DNA of 64,000 nucleotides. It comes from Eledone cirrhosa. Taxonomy: Eukaryota. The notes beneath the pieces were generated by a model. It was not told the DNA's origin and made no database searches. It saw nothing but the letters and a program-made list of their open reading frames with translations. Position numbers and translations under genes: made by a program. This document shows positions 12,101 through 24,877 of this stretch, piece after piece. The stretch lies in assembly GCA_964016885.1 (NCBI GenBank), contig OZ024753.1:21762001-21826000 (forward strand), in the 5' to 3' direction. The first letter of the stretch is position 1. The number at the start of each line of letters is the position of its first letter.

Positions 12101-12758
12101 CAAATTTTGGTGGTAACTTTAGGATTTGTTGTTCTTGTTCACTGATTAAAGTGTTCCCATAGATATTTACTGTGTGGTCATTGGTAAATTCTTCCGGTAG
12201 TTTTACATCACTCATACGGATGTTGTCGATGTTATCTGGGTATTTTTGAGAATATTCGATTTTCCTTTCTTGTAGTTTTTTCTTATTCATCCATTCTAAT
12301 TTCTTCTTGAAATGCCTACAGCATTCGTTTTGAGCATATTTCGTTTCGCGTCGGATGACGCTCATGAAGTCATCTCTCTCGTTTGCTGTGATGAGATTTC
12401 CAATTTCCTTACCGTTGATGCGTTTTTGTCTGTAGAGTGCGTTGACTTTTGTGTATGTTGTTCTTTTCATATTAACTGTTATTGTGTGTTTTAGCCGTTC
12501 AGCTTGTGTTTTGTTCAATAATAAATTATTTACTTGTTTTGATATGTTTGTTGTGTATGTTTTGGAGGAAACACAGTGTTTTAAGAAGCGGATTTGTTCT
12601 GTTGTTATTGTAGTTTTTATATAACAGAAAACAGTGTCTTTCAATAACCTTTCAGCTTGGCACAAGCTAATGCCATAGCGGCGATGAATTAGTTTTGCGA
12701 GGTTTTTTATATGAAATCGTGTGTCGAAACAGATATTGTTATATTTGGGGAGGGTCAT
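9126..12758 (-). CDS. PLE polyprotein, second tandem copy (RT + GIY-YIG)
   Basis: 1210 aa, five amino-acid differences seen relative to 4991-8623, same catalytic motifs. Confidence 0.95.
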   Translation of the reverse strand: MTLPKYNNICFDTRFHIKNLAKLIHRRYGISLCQAERLLKDTVFCYIKTTITTEQIRFLKHCVSSKTYTTNISKQVNNLLLNKTQAERLKHTITVNMKRTTYTKVNALYRQKRINGKEIGNLITANERDDFMSVIRRETKYAQNECCRHFKKKLEWMNKKKLQERKIEYSQKYPDNIDNIRMSDVKLPEEFTNDHTVNIYGNTLISEQEQQILKLPPKFAIYKKINPMECKTELEKCFTKIRWNAKVNNNNNNNGSSNINNNSGYRNNSHNHNNGRKVRNSDNGNNTSDRQNNNNHNNNNNRNVNHRHSNSDHSSNNGNNTNNNNNNNHSGNNGNSACSNINKNKKHNNSNNHYGRNSSNNNNNNGEVNNNTSSNHNNNNINANDRNNNNHHDNNNSNTHNYDDRNNDNPLEKLFFNPADKTYKMGNIYPTRLPFNKRVCIPQQIDDETEAQFTIARNKIRQVVDRYTMRQSRPEAQQLGIKPVEGLVSLKQRTRDGEVVCLPTDKSGRMSIDSMPNYIEAMQPHITNTSEVAQLTHDGREKILNAHMMMWTDILKPSRSTANNFQASNNGIPPLYGLRKDHKTVDDPTTGPPTRPVCGANIASNYRISYFLSMVIRPIIKMSPDVCESTEALLSRISECNKNRSLSNCIIGSMDVVSLYPSINIDFAVKRCVEMIIESEVEFCDVDTDELGLLLRLTYDTDYLDSHDLRCFCPSRPIRGRPPTITSMAKKTPIGRWIGWTKAIRTPQNTDQVRKMVAHAIGASIKTTLKGHIFKFNEKIYTQNEGAAIGVSIAGDVANLFMVWWERRLKDLLNESSIDLIMYSRYVDDINIVIRTPPLESTNKFDLERSTMESIQQIANSIHQSITVTIDFPSKHHNNRLPVLDTELWINTIDERAQILHSHYAKPMASKYLILKNSAMSSSAKFNILIADLVRVMKNVSSMCDPTEMEGHIQHFINRMQFSGYNQRDRVRVYEGAMEKYKTLIELDMKGICPLYRSKSWNSLDRARHKIGKATSWYDNQRYQSVMFVDATPGGKLANQCRKALRKTHLKIKVVEKPGTTIKSLISKTYPFKKTHCTNRKCIICKVNPRINCKTRNVVYSIRCTEGTCRNTTTTYIGETARSIGERIDQHWGELKGRKNGSVLYEHARQHHDGNIDNIEIRIISKHRNDPADRQIREASEIEIRRPKLNRKNEWNNNNTQTNNTDLREV

Positions 12759-12833
12759 ATTTGCGTAATATTGCCAGAATTAATAACAGAACACACTCAC
12801 TTTTTGGTTATATATATATATATATATATTTGG

Positions 12834-12911
<78 letters not shown>

Positions 12912-12961
12912 CTATGTATATATATGTATATATAAAATAGATGTTCTTTTGATCAATTACA

Positions 12962-13006
12962 TGTTATACATATTTCGGATGTACAACAGTACGTCCTCAT
13001 CAGACA
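12962..13006 (-). ncRNA. Minimal type I HHR
   Basis: ugu CUGAUGA ggacguac uguu guacaucc GAAA uaugua UA aca. Confidence 0.7.
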
Positions 13007-14037
13007 AAATATAATGATACATGACATACCCTGAGATGTTAAATGGTTAAGATTTAATCAAGGTAGTGATTACCCGATAGAAAATTTAACTTATATAATA
13101 TCTGTGAGAGTGCGAAAACGTAATGAATTCATTAGAGAATATGTGAGTAAGAAAAAGCGTTGCATACTTAAAGTGTTCTAAAATTTTAAATTGTATGATA
13201 CTATATCTAGGGAGACGTCTCATGTTTCATAACAACCAGTGATACCCACTGGAAAAAGATTTATAACGAGGGAAAGATAAAGCGTGTGTGTTTCGAAAGT
13301 TAATCGGTTAGAATTTGGAAATATTTAATTTATAATATTAATGTGAAGACTCCAGATTTCAGGATTATTTGCTATTTATTTATATATTATTTATATATAT
13401 TCGATAAGTGTGTTATAATTTCTAAACTTCTGAATTGTGAGAATAACATTTTAAAGGATTTAGTTGGCACGTAAAGAAAGAAATATTATACTGTTGATTA
13501 ATTACCTAAATCTAAACTTTAACAAATATCTCAACATATGAGGTATGTAAAGCTTTTAAAGTACTTATTGTTATAAATAATTGAATAACTATTATGTATA
13601 TAGGTGTATATTAATGAGTCAGTATGTATAAGGTAAAAATAAAATAAAATAAAATAATATGTTACAGATAAAATGTATAGATAATTATTCTTCAAACAAG
13701 ATATCAACGTATTATTAGATATAGGGATGTATATATATAGATATATATTAGGTATTATTAATGTAGTATACTTTAGGCAAATGATAACAGTTATACTCTT
13801 AACAACGTGTTACATTTAAATATATATATATATATGCATTTAAGAAAACCGAATAATGAGTGCATGTATAAAATTCAAAATAATGTCTATAATAATTTTT
13901 AGTTTGGATATTTTCTCTATATTTAAATCATGTATATAGAAGTATGGTAGGTATATTTTGAAATATTTAAAAATATATAAAATACAATATATAACTAGAT
14001 ATATATTAGGTATTATTAATGTAGTATACTTTAGGTA

Positions 14038-14227
14038 TACAAGGGCGGTGGATTGGCAGTATCGGTGGAGGGTCGGACGCCATGCTTTCCAGCATAGTTA
14101 CGTCCCTTTACCATCTGAGTTCAAATCCCGCCGAGGTTGACTTTGCCTTTCATCCCTACGGGGTCGATAAAATAAAGTACCAGTAATGCACTGGGTAATT
14201 GCTGGCCTTGTGCCTAAAGTAGACACA
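14038..14227 (+). mobile_element. tRNA-derived SINE with 23-bp target-site duplication
   Basis: A box tggcagtatcgg, B box gagttcaaatccc, central gcctttcatcc...ggggtcgataaaataaagtaccagt; TSD attaatgtagtatactttaggta at 14015-14037 and 14228-14250. Confidence 0.85.
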
Positions 14228-14305
14228 ATTAATGTAGTATACTTTAGGTAAATGATAACAGTTATACTCTTAACAACGTGTTACATTTAAATATATATAT
14301 ACATA

Positions 14306-15445
14306 GAATTCTTTAAAACGTACGACCTTAAATTAGAAGTAGAAAATGGTACCAAAATAGTTAATTTCCTTGACGTTACCTTTAACTTAAACACCGGCTT
14401 CTATTACCCTTTTCATAAGCCTAATGAAAACTTAAACTATGTTAGTAACTATTCAAATCACCCTAGATCTGTAAAAAAAGCTATAGTAAATAGTGTGCAA
14501 ATATCAGCTAATAAAGATATATTTGATAAAAATGCGGAATATTACAACAACGCTTTAAAAAGAGCAGGATATATGAATAATATAGAATATGTAGATAATA
14601 ACAATTCAAGTATTATTCCTAATAATAATAATAAAAATTATAACACATATAAGAATAACTCTAATAATTATAACTCAAACACACATACGCTAAATAAATC
14701 GAGAATACGAACTAGATCTAAACCAGTCATATGGTTCGCACCCCCAACCTCGGTCGCAGTTAAAACACCAATTGCAAAACTATTCTTTAAAGCTCTTGGC
14801 ACCTCTTTCCCTACTCAACATAAATACCATTCCATTTTTAATAGACATACCATTAAATTCGGAAATTCTACAACCAGTAACATGGCCCAAAACATCGCCA
14901 AATTAAACGCCAAAATCCTAAAACCAAACCAACTTAATGATCATAATAATAGAGTTAACATTAATGATACTAAACCAAATTGTAATTGTAGAAATAAAAG
15001 TAATTGTCCTTTGCAAAATAATTGTTTAGATAGTAATTTGGTTTGTAAATTCACCGTAAAAACTGACCATAAAAATACAATTACATTGGATCAACCTCGT
15101 CCACATTCAAACTTCGTTTCGCGAACCATAAATGCTCATTCTCGAACTCTAAGAAGAAATCATCCACGTCTTTATCACAGCTCATATGGTCTTTAAAAGA
15201 GAAGAACCTGGAATACTCCATTCTTTGGACAAAACTTCGGAACTGTGGAATTTGCCGCAACTCTAGTATATCAAATAACTGCCCGCTCTGTACAATGGAG
15301 ACCCTGTTGATTATTAATAATTATGAGACCTTAATTAACAAAAAAAGTGAATTATTCTCTAATTGCCTCCATAAAGCTATGTCTACTTTTTTAGCCTCGC
15401 ATAAAACGAGAAAGAAAGAACCAATAACAACTCGGTTACCATGAA
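14306..15445 (+). pseudogene. PLE RT thumb + linker + GIY-YIG remnant (frameshifted)
   Basis: VNFLDVTFNL...KPN...SNHP...ALKRAGY...IWFAPP...IFNRHTIK...CNCRNKSNCPL; second frame gives YIGST..FKLRFANH and CPLC..E. Confidence 0.85.
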
Positions 15446-16844
15446 TATAATCAACAGTAAAAAACATCAATGGCCTTAATATTGCTTTATTTTATGGATA
15501 TCTATAGAAAAAACAACATTAGAATGAATGACAATATTTCAATTAGCATGCCTAAACATTGATACACACAACTTTATTTGTTAGCTTTGATCAACACCAT
15601 CATTTATCTATAATTTAGTACAATACCTAATCTTTACATATCTATTGAATTTATTTAACTGTGAATTTTTAATACATTTGTAATCTCTTTTAACTTTTAG
15701 TTTTAATACCCAATTCAAAAATGTTTACGAAACTTATCTATAACTCCAAATGTTTAATGACTTTTTGATCTATTATTTATAGTATAATATAGCATATATT
15801 TCTTTTAAATATACTTACTGCACTATAATATCTAAATTTGAGATAGATTCAAACTTATATATAATTGTGAATTTTTTTCGCTGTACTTTCGATCTCTTAT
15901 TTATTTATTTATTTATTTATAATATAATAGTTTTATAATATATATATAGTTATATATTGTATTTTATATATTTTTAAATATTTTTAAATATACCTACCAT
16001 ACTTCTATATACATAATTCAAATATAGAGAAAATATCCAAACTAAAAACTATTATAGACATTATTTTGAATTTTATACTCATTGTTCGTTTTTCTTATAT
16101 GTATATATATATTTAAATGTAACACGTTGTTAAGAGTATAACTGTTATCATTTACCTAAAGTATACTACATTAATAATACCTAATATATATATATATACA
16201 TCCCTATATCTAATAATACGTTGATATCTTGGTTGAAGAATAATTCTCTATAAATTGTATCTGTAACATATTATTTTATTTTATTTTTACCTTATACATA
16301 CGGACTCATTAATATACACCTATATACATAATAATTATTCAAATATTTATAACAATAAGTACTTTAAAAGCTTTACATACCTCATATGTTGAGATATTTG
16401 TTAAAGTTTAGATTTAGGTAATTAATCAACAGTATAATATTTCTTTCTTTACGTGCCAACTAAATCCTTTAAAATGTTATTCTCACAATTTAGAAGTTTA
16501 GAAATGATAACACACTTATCGAATTTATATAAATAATATATAAATAAATGGCAAATAATCCTGAAATCTGGAGTCTTCACATTAATATTATAAATTAAAT
16601 ATTTCCAAATTCTAACTGTTTAACTTTCGACCCCCCCCCCCCCACACACACACACTCTATCTTTCCCTCGTTATAAATCTTTTTCCAGTGGCTATCACTG
16701 GCTGTTATGAATCATGAGACGTTTCCCTAGATATAGTATCATACAATTTAAAATTTATATGTATATATATATATATATATATAGATATATGTATATATAT
16801 GCATGTATATATGTATGTATATATGTATGTATATATATGTATTA

Positions 16845-17554
<710 letters not shown>

Positions 17555-17609
17555 CTATGTATATATATATGTATATATCTATGTATATATATGTATATAT
17601 ATATATAAA

Positions 17610-18068
17610 AATTTCAAGTTATCAATAATGTAGTGATAATATATCGTCACGTTAGAGATGAACAGCGTACATGTAGGTTTGCTCAACGAGTAAAAATTAT
17701 ATTCCGGAGAAAATGTAGAAAAGATGAATATAAAATGAAAGTGCTTTTATAAAGGAATTTATTAGGTATTGACATATGTTTCTGTAACAGACGGAATACC
17801 AATGTATCGCTGCTTGCGTAATCATATAATGTTAGCAAGTATTCGATAGCAAATGTATAATCAGTTGTCACTTCAACAGAGATATTGGATAAATTCATCC
17901 AATATCTCTGAAGAAGTGACAACTGATTATACATTTGCTATCGAATACTTGCTAACAATATATGATTACTCAAGCAGCGATACATAGGTATTCCGTCAGT
18001 TACAGAAACATATGTCAATACTTAATAAATTCCTTTATAAAAGCACTTTCATTTTATATTCATCTTTT
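17610..18068. mobile_element. Fold-back HHR element between TA arrays
   Basis: Arms 17719-17890 and 17897-18068 with 6-bp spacer. Confidence 0.75.
17903..18020 (+). ncRNA. Type I HHR with ~90-nt stem II region
   Basis: CUGAAGA a gugac ... guuac a GAAA cauaug UC; palindromic stem III; stem I weak (bulged); the mirror copy reads CUGUUGA. Confidence 0.55.
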
Positions 18069-18096
18069 GTATATATATATATGTATATATCTATGT

Positions 18097-18131
<35 letters not shown>

Positions 18132-18220
18132 CTATGTATATATATGTATATATATATACATGTATATATATGTATGTATATATGTATGTATATATATGTA
18201 TATATCTATGTATATATATG

Positions 18221-18291
<71 letters not shown>

Positions 18292-18383
18292 ATATATATA
18301 TATATGTATGTATATATATGTATATATATATGTGTGTATATATATATGTATATGTATATATATATATGTATATATATATATGC

Positions 18384-18415
<32 letters not shown>

Positions 18416-18618
18416 GTATATATATATGTATATATATATATGCATATATATATATATATATATGTATATATTTATATGTATATATATATGCATATGTATA
18501 TATGTATGTATATATGTATATATGTATATATGTATGTATATATATGTATATATGTATGTATATATGTATATATGTATATATGTATGTATATATATGTATA
18601 TATGTATGTATATATATG

Positions 18619-18651
<33 letters not shown>

Positions 18652-18654
18652 GTA

Positions 18655-19264
18655 TGTCAGGTCACCAGTTGGTGCTACTGGTGATATGTATGTCAGTACA
18701 ACCTGTCTCATGGTCGGGTCGTTGGCGACTAAACTGGCAACCCCACCAAGGTTTCTTGGTGAGGAGGGTGACTTTGGACATCCTGCAGGACTAAAAACAA
18801 AACCTGTCAAAGGGCAAAGGAGCTCTTAAGAGTCAATGGCCATCCAAAATCACCGGGAGATATGACCCCTTAGCCTTTGTCAAGGCAGAATTCTAGGAGA
18901 AGGAAAACTCTGATATAACACCTGCAACCCTGATGGTATCCAATGATGTTGACTTGTTCTTCTTTTTGGTAAATATCATCTTGGTTAAGAGAGTGGGACT
19001 GGCTTTGTGCAGTGCCTTTGCTCACTATAAAAGCTTCACGGCACAGGCATTGCTTTATATCTGGAGATCTCTCTGCACTTGTCGTCACATGGTACCATGG
19101 GCCCAGCACTATGTGTCAATAATTGTCACAAGTGTAGTGTTTGTACCAGAGTTTTCAAGTCGCTGGCTGGACTAAAAAGTCACACTCGTTCAGCGCATCG
19201 GTAGGGCTTCTCCTACATGGATATAAAGTAGTGGCCGTACTCGAAAACGAGTTGGCAGCCACCA
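18655..19264 (+). mobile_element. ~608-bp non-autonomous element, copy 2, in TA-rich microsatellite
   Basis: Colinear and highly similar to 16845-17453. Confidence 0.8.
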
Positions 19265-19550
19265 TGTATATATATATGTATGTTTATATATATATGTATG
19301 TATATGTATGTATATGCTTATCTATCTCTCTACGATGGACACATGTGCTGAGCTCGCTCGGTAAGTTTTTGTTTAAATTCATACGGAAATTGTAAACTGT
19401 AAACTTTCATTTTTGTACCATTTTGTAGAGGGACTGCCAGGTCAAATTTTGATCTGGTCGGTCTCTCAAAATATTCTGCGCCTTTGGGCGAAATAGTATT
19501 GTGAACATTTTATCTTTCGAAAAACTTCGAAAAACCCTATTTTGAGAAAA

Positions 19551-19730
19551 ATGGCTGAAGCATCTTCACCATCAATCAAAGAAGGAAAGGGGAAGTCATA
19601 CTCACAGCTTCCCCCTGCCACTGTCACAGCAGCAGATGCCAAAGGCAGAGGTCAGAGAGAGGAAGAATTGTCTTCACCTGTTGACCGACCACTAGATGTA
19701 GCCACAACTACACAAGAATTTGAAAACAAC

Positions 19731-19761
<31 letters not shown>

Positions 19762-21384
19762 GCAACAATAAAGACAACAAAAACAACAACAACACAAACG
19801 TCACAAGTATCCACACACGAAACGAGAAAGACAACAACAACAACAAAGATGAAAACAACTCAAACGACGAGAAACAAAACAATACTAATATCCAAAACGA
19901 AAACAAAATATCTTTTGCACAAACGGCTAAATTATCAGTCGCTTATGTGCTGGAAGATATTTCAAAAGCAAAAGAAATGCTGGAAAAAGCCAAGAAATAT
20001 GTGCCTTTTGGCGAAAACGGATCGTTTTCTATACATTCACCTCCGGAGCTAAAAAGACAGACGGAATTACGAACTGTCGTATTCCGAACAATTTAAAATA
20101 AAACAAAGAAACCAGCGCAACCATCTCAAGCGGAAACTCAGTTAGTCTTGAAAGACGCGATGAGAGACATCACTTTCATACAAAAGGATAAACTCTATGG
20201 GAGTTTATCCATATTGATGAAAGACGAATTGGCGGCAAAAAAATACTCTGTGTCGCCAATTCGGTCCACACACTACACCTTCTTCCCCACCTACATGGGT
20301 AAAAAAACCCAGAGGATATGGATAACCACCATCACCCCAAACATAAACTACTGGTGGTTACTAACCGGTTTCCTCAATTTAGACGAGGACAACCTCATCT
20401 CAATAGGGAAGGCATCCGGCGACGCGTTCAGTGGAACGAGCCTCGAAGTTCTGACCCAAATAAGGCCAGAACGCATCGCCCAAATCCCTGAGCGCGTCAT
20501 GCTGGATGACCGTACCCACCTCAACATTATTGTGGAGGGTAGGCGTCCCTCCTGTTACCTCTGTGTCAATAGAGGTCACCTGAGGGCTGCCTGTCCCCAG
20601 CTCACACAGAAAAAAACACTGCTACCAACACCAACACCACCCCAACTACAACAACAAAAACAACCACAACAACAACAAAAACCAACAACCCCACCACCAC
20701 CACCACCACAACAACAACAACAACAACAAACACGTGAAAAAATAACACAGAATACTGTCCCACCCAATCCCTCCCCACCCAAAACAAATACAAAAACACG
20801 CACACCGCAAACACTACCAGAAAACATACCCCTCCCACCCAACAAGGAAGACGAACCTCTTTCGTCGCAAGACGAAAAAGATCCCTTCCAACAAGTAAAA
20901 AGAAAGAAGAGGAGACGCACCACAGACACACATGTTAACTTTAACCCCCCCCCAAGAGAACACAAACTACACACAAACCACCCCTCCCTGTCACACAACA
21001 CTAACTGCTACACAAAAAAAGACCTTACAATACACATACATGAACACAGACAACAAAGAATTACGGAAAACAATTTCAGCAAACCCTTCGGTCCAAACTG
21101 AAGGGCCAAACTTTATAACTGCTGTGGGACTACCTCATTTGAAAATGATAAAAGTCCCAATGCACTTGTACAAAACACTGAAAATAAATTTCACGGAGGA
21201 CGTGGGCCCCCCCCCCCTGCGCCAAACCAATCAACCGCGTCCTCCTAAAAAATGTCACCCCCCCACCCCACCCAGACACCCACTCAACGACAAACACCCC
21301 AACCCCACAACACACCGATGCCCCTTCACTTCCACAAACCACCACCCCACCCAACAACCCATCCCCAACCAGCATGGAAATTGA
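19551..21384 (+). pseudogene. LINE ORF1 (Asn-rich N-terminus, zinc knuckle CYLCVNRGHLRAAC, Pro/Gln tract)
   Basis: ORFs 19542-20096 and 20148-21101 are in one frame separated by TAA; probable frameshift near 21015 into 20932-21384. Confidence 0.75.
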
Positions 21385-21439
21385 GCGGACCGTTTCCCGG
21401 GACGCAGAGAGGTAAGTGCCTTTTCTCTTTACCACCAAC

Positions 21440-24400
21440 ATGGCTGTGCTAAGAGTAGGGTGTCTAAATGCGCGTGGCCTGGGCTCGTCTTGGAAGCAAG
21501 CAATGCTTCTAAATGACCTCAGGTCACAATCTATAAATGTGATGGTTATCTGCGAGGCCCGGATCAGCAGCATGCGACAGCTAGCCCCCACCTTTGACGA
21601 CTTTGAGATGCACGCATCTCTCTGTCAGCCCGGAGGTGGGGGTGGGGTTGTCGTTCTGCTGCAAAAACATATGGGCCTTGCAACACAGATAGTTCACTTG
21701 GACCCAGGGGGTCGACTGGTGGTGCTGGACCTTGGCAGTGGTGAAGGTAGAGCCCTTAGGCTGATAGCCGCATATGCCCCTTTTGGGACAGAGCGGCCCG
21801 ACTTTTTCCAGCGTCTGGAGTCTTTTCTAGGGACGTCCCGTTCCCTGCTTTTAGTGGGGGATTGGAATGGTATCCTGGATGCACGTTGGGACTATGCAGG
21901 GGCATGTCCCGATAGAGAGGGGTGCAACAGCCTCAAGGGGTTACTCGGCCGATTTGACCTGGCCGATAGATTTCGACTAGATTTTCCGACGGTGCCAACC
22001 TGGTCTTGGTCAAATCGCAGCGGATCATCTAGATCGTACCTAGATAGATTTTTAGTTAGAAATAAGGACAGGGACTTTTTAAGTTGTCCAGAAATGCTCA
22101 TGGTTGGCTATTCAGACCACAAGTTGGTGACCTGCATGGTCAACCTTGATAGAACGCATAGACAGGGCCCCGGTTACTGGAAGCTCAACTTGTCCTTGCC
22201 GGCAAGTAGAGCCTACAGGAATCGGATTAGTACGTTAGTTAAAGAACGGTTGACTGGAGCGATCGTCAACAGCAGGTGGTGGGTATCTCTAAAGAGAGAG
22301 ATTAGAGTAGTCTCGATTGAATTTAGTAAGGTTCTAGCTGCGGATAGGAATAGGAAGGAAAGGGAGCTAATAGATAGAGTAGAAGAGGCAATTAGAAGCG
22401 GCGACGTGGCCAGAGTGCTAGCGTCGAGAACGGCTTTGAGCCAGTTTTTCGACGCGAAGCACGAAGGCTGCGTTGTCCGAAGTAAAATACGTGCTCTAGG
22501 GAACGAGGGGGCCAAAGCTGTTAGCTGGGCCCGCGTGACAGAGGCCAACAGTGGAACTAAATCCACCATCCGGTCTTTGCGAGACCTGGATGGACGGGCG
22601 ATTCTTGAGCCTAAGCAGATGTGTGAGGCCTTTCAAAGGCACTTTGCCCGACTGTTCGGGAGGGGCGGGGAGCCGGTTGGAAACGTGGACTTCGGTCCAT
22701 ACCTCGACGGCCTGCCGCGCCTCTCGGACAGGGAGGCGAAGTCTTGCGAGGAGCCGATTTCGGCCGCTGAGATAGAGGACGTGCTGGGCCAATGCGGCAA
22801 ACGCAAATCCCCGGGTCTCGATGGTCTTCCTTACGAATTATATCTAGCTATGCCGGACTTGTTCCCCGATCTCCTCGAGGCGGTCTACTGCAACTGGCAA
22901 CAGAACGGGAGAATTCCCTGTACTGTGACCAAGGGCGTAGTCACGCTAGTGAGGAAGGACGAGAACAAGGGGGACGAAATAAGTAACTTCAGGCCCATAA
23001 CTCTGCTAAATACAGAGTTACAGATTTTGGCCAAGGTGCTAGCAAAGAGGTTGGCGCTTGTCGTGGGCAACCTGGTGGGAGATGCGCAGACATGCGCTAT
23101 CCCGTCCAGGTCCATCCATGACAACCTCCACCTCATGCGATACATCATAGAGAGGGTTGGGAACGAACCCGGCTTTGGTGGGGCTCTGATCAACTTGGAT
23201 CAATCTAAGGCGTTCGATAGGGTCGACCATGGTTACCTGGATGCGGTGCTAGCGGCAGCAGGCTTCGGACCCGTTTTCAGGGGCTGGATCACTGCTATGC
23301 ACAGCAGCCGCATCTGCTCTAGGGTCAAGGTGAACGGCTACCTCTCGGAGCCGTTCAAAATCGCGCGGTCCATCCGACAAGGGTGCCCTCTCTCCTCCCT
23401 TCTGTATGTGTTGACTCTCGAGCCACTACTGCGGAAGTTGGAGTTGTTGCAGGGCATCCCTTTGGAACCGGGATTACGGAAAGCGGTGTCAGCCTACGCC
23501 GATGATGTGACAGTAATGGTGTCGACGGCCTCCGAAATCGAGGCGGTCGGCACCTTACTGGAGGAGTACGAAAAGTTCACAGGGGCTAAGCTGAACCGGG
23601 ACAAGTCGATCGGTTTGCAACTCGGCACGTAGAGGGGCAGACCGATGCCCTCCGATGGCGTCGTCGGACGCTGGACGGAGGGCCCGGTGAAGTTGCTCGG
23701 GGTCTGGTTCGGACCGGACCTCCATGTGGAGAAAAACTGGGCGGAGGTTACGAACAGGGTGTTTGCACTGACCCAGAAGTGGGCCAGTTGCAAACTATCC
23801 CTGAAAGGTCGGGCGGAGGTGGCGAACACTTATATAGCGTCCGTCGTCTACTACCGCCTGACCGTAGTGCCCTGCCCAAGGGAAACCCTCACCAAGATGG
23901 AGCGCGCGCTCTTCCAATTCCTTTGGAAGGGGCGGGCTCCTATGGTGAGGAGATCCATCTGCTGTCAACACCCTTCGAAAGGAGGGCTGGGGATGCCGTG
24001 GCTAATGATGCGTAAACACGCATTAAGGCTACGGCACCTCTACGTATTCCTCACCGGACAACCGGTGTGGGCCTCGTTTGTGAGACGAACCTTTCCCAGA
24101 CTCGTCTCACTCACCGAGCTGCAATCCTGTGTCAAGCAAAGACCGAGAAAACTGGGCGCCTGGCACACTGAGTGTGCCCAGGCGCTCACCGCCCTCTGGC
24201 AGGCGGATCCGGTTATCAGTGGAGACTCCACCGCAACATTCTATAGAGGGCTGGTACGCAGCAGGTGCGACGACGCCCTCGGAGAAGCCCTAGACATGGA
24301 GGAGGACGAACTGGCCAGCCTGTTCGGTAGGACATTCAGCCCGGGACCTATGGACAACTTCCAGAAGTCCCTGGCCTGGCAGTGCTACCGAGGGGCTTTA

Positions 24401-24877
24401 CCCGTTCGAGAAAGGCTCTACAGACACGGGCGCCCGGGTAGGGACCCCGCCAAAAAGATCTGTCCCAGATGCGTGTGCGACGAGGAAACCGTTGCACACG
24501 CATTGGTACACTGCTCGGGCGTAGCCGATCTGTGGGGCTATGTCGAACAACTGCTAACAAGGGTGGGACCGATCCGGTTGACCACCGAGTCTATTGTAAT
24601 GATCAAGCCGCCTCCCCCCTTCAAAGATGAAGCAGAGGCGGTGTTTCTGTGCGTAATAGCCATGGCGAAAGAGGTTGTATGGTGGACGCGTCTGAAAGGA
24701 CTGAGGTCAGGCACCTTTCTCTCTGGCCAACAACTGGTCCGTTTCTTCCGATATCATTTCGGAAGAAGGATCAGGATGGAGAGAGAGGTGCTGCACCCCA
24801 GTCGTTTTTATGAAAGGTGGGTGAAAGTGGCGAGAATGGCCCGTGTGAATGGGCCTTCTCTTTACATAAGCCTGTAG
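21440..24877 (+). pseudogene. LINE ORF2: APE endonuclease + reverse transcriptase + C-terminal CCHC, one in-frame TAG at 23630-23632
   Basis: LNARGL, AYAP, GDWN, SYLDR, SDH; KSPGLDG, FRPITLLN, LDQSKAFDRV, QGCPLS, YADD; CPRC...ETVAHALVHC; both ORF pieces share a frame. Confidence 0.93.

Larger units (their letters stand above)
4403..12808 (-). mobile_element. Tandem Penelope-like retroelement (Naiad-like), 2 units of ~4135 bp plus ~135 bp partial repeat, inserted in (TA)n
   Basis: Two near-identical 1210-aa ORFs offset by 4135 bp; the 5' segment recurs at 4403-4540, 8540-8675 and 12675-12808; (TA)n on both flanks. Confidence 0.93.
12936..16756 (+). mobile_element. 5'-truncated PLE with inverted terminal segment (~0.8 kb arms)
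   Basis: ~13175-13997 is the reverse complement of ~15945-16756; PLE ORF remnant between; HHR in left arm extension; TA arrays on both sides. Confidence 0.8.

Noticed and set aside
4991-12758. Selenocysteine recoding as reported for some Naiad elements
   Set aside because: Both ORFs are open without in-frame TGA, and I saw no convincing SECIS
14044-14135. tRNA gene
   Set aside because: A and B boxes belong to a multi-copy SINE head; no cloverleaf
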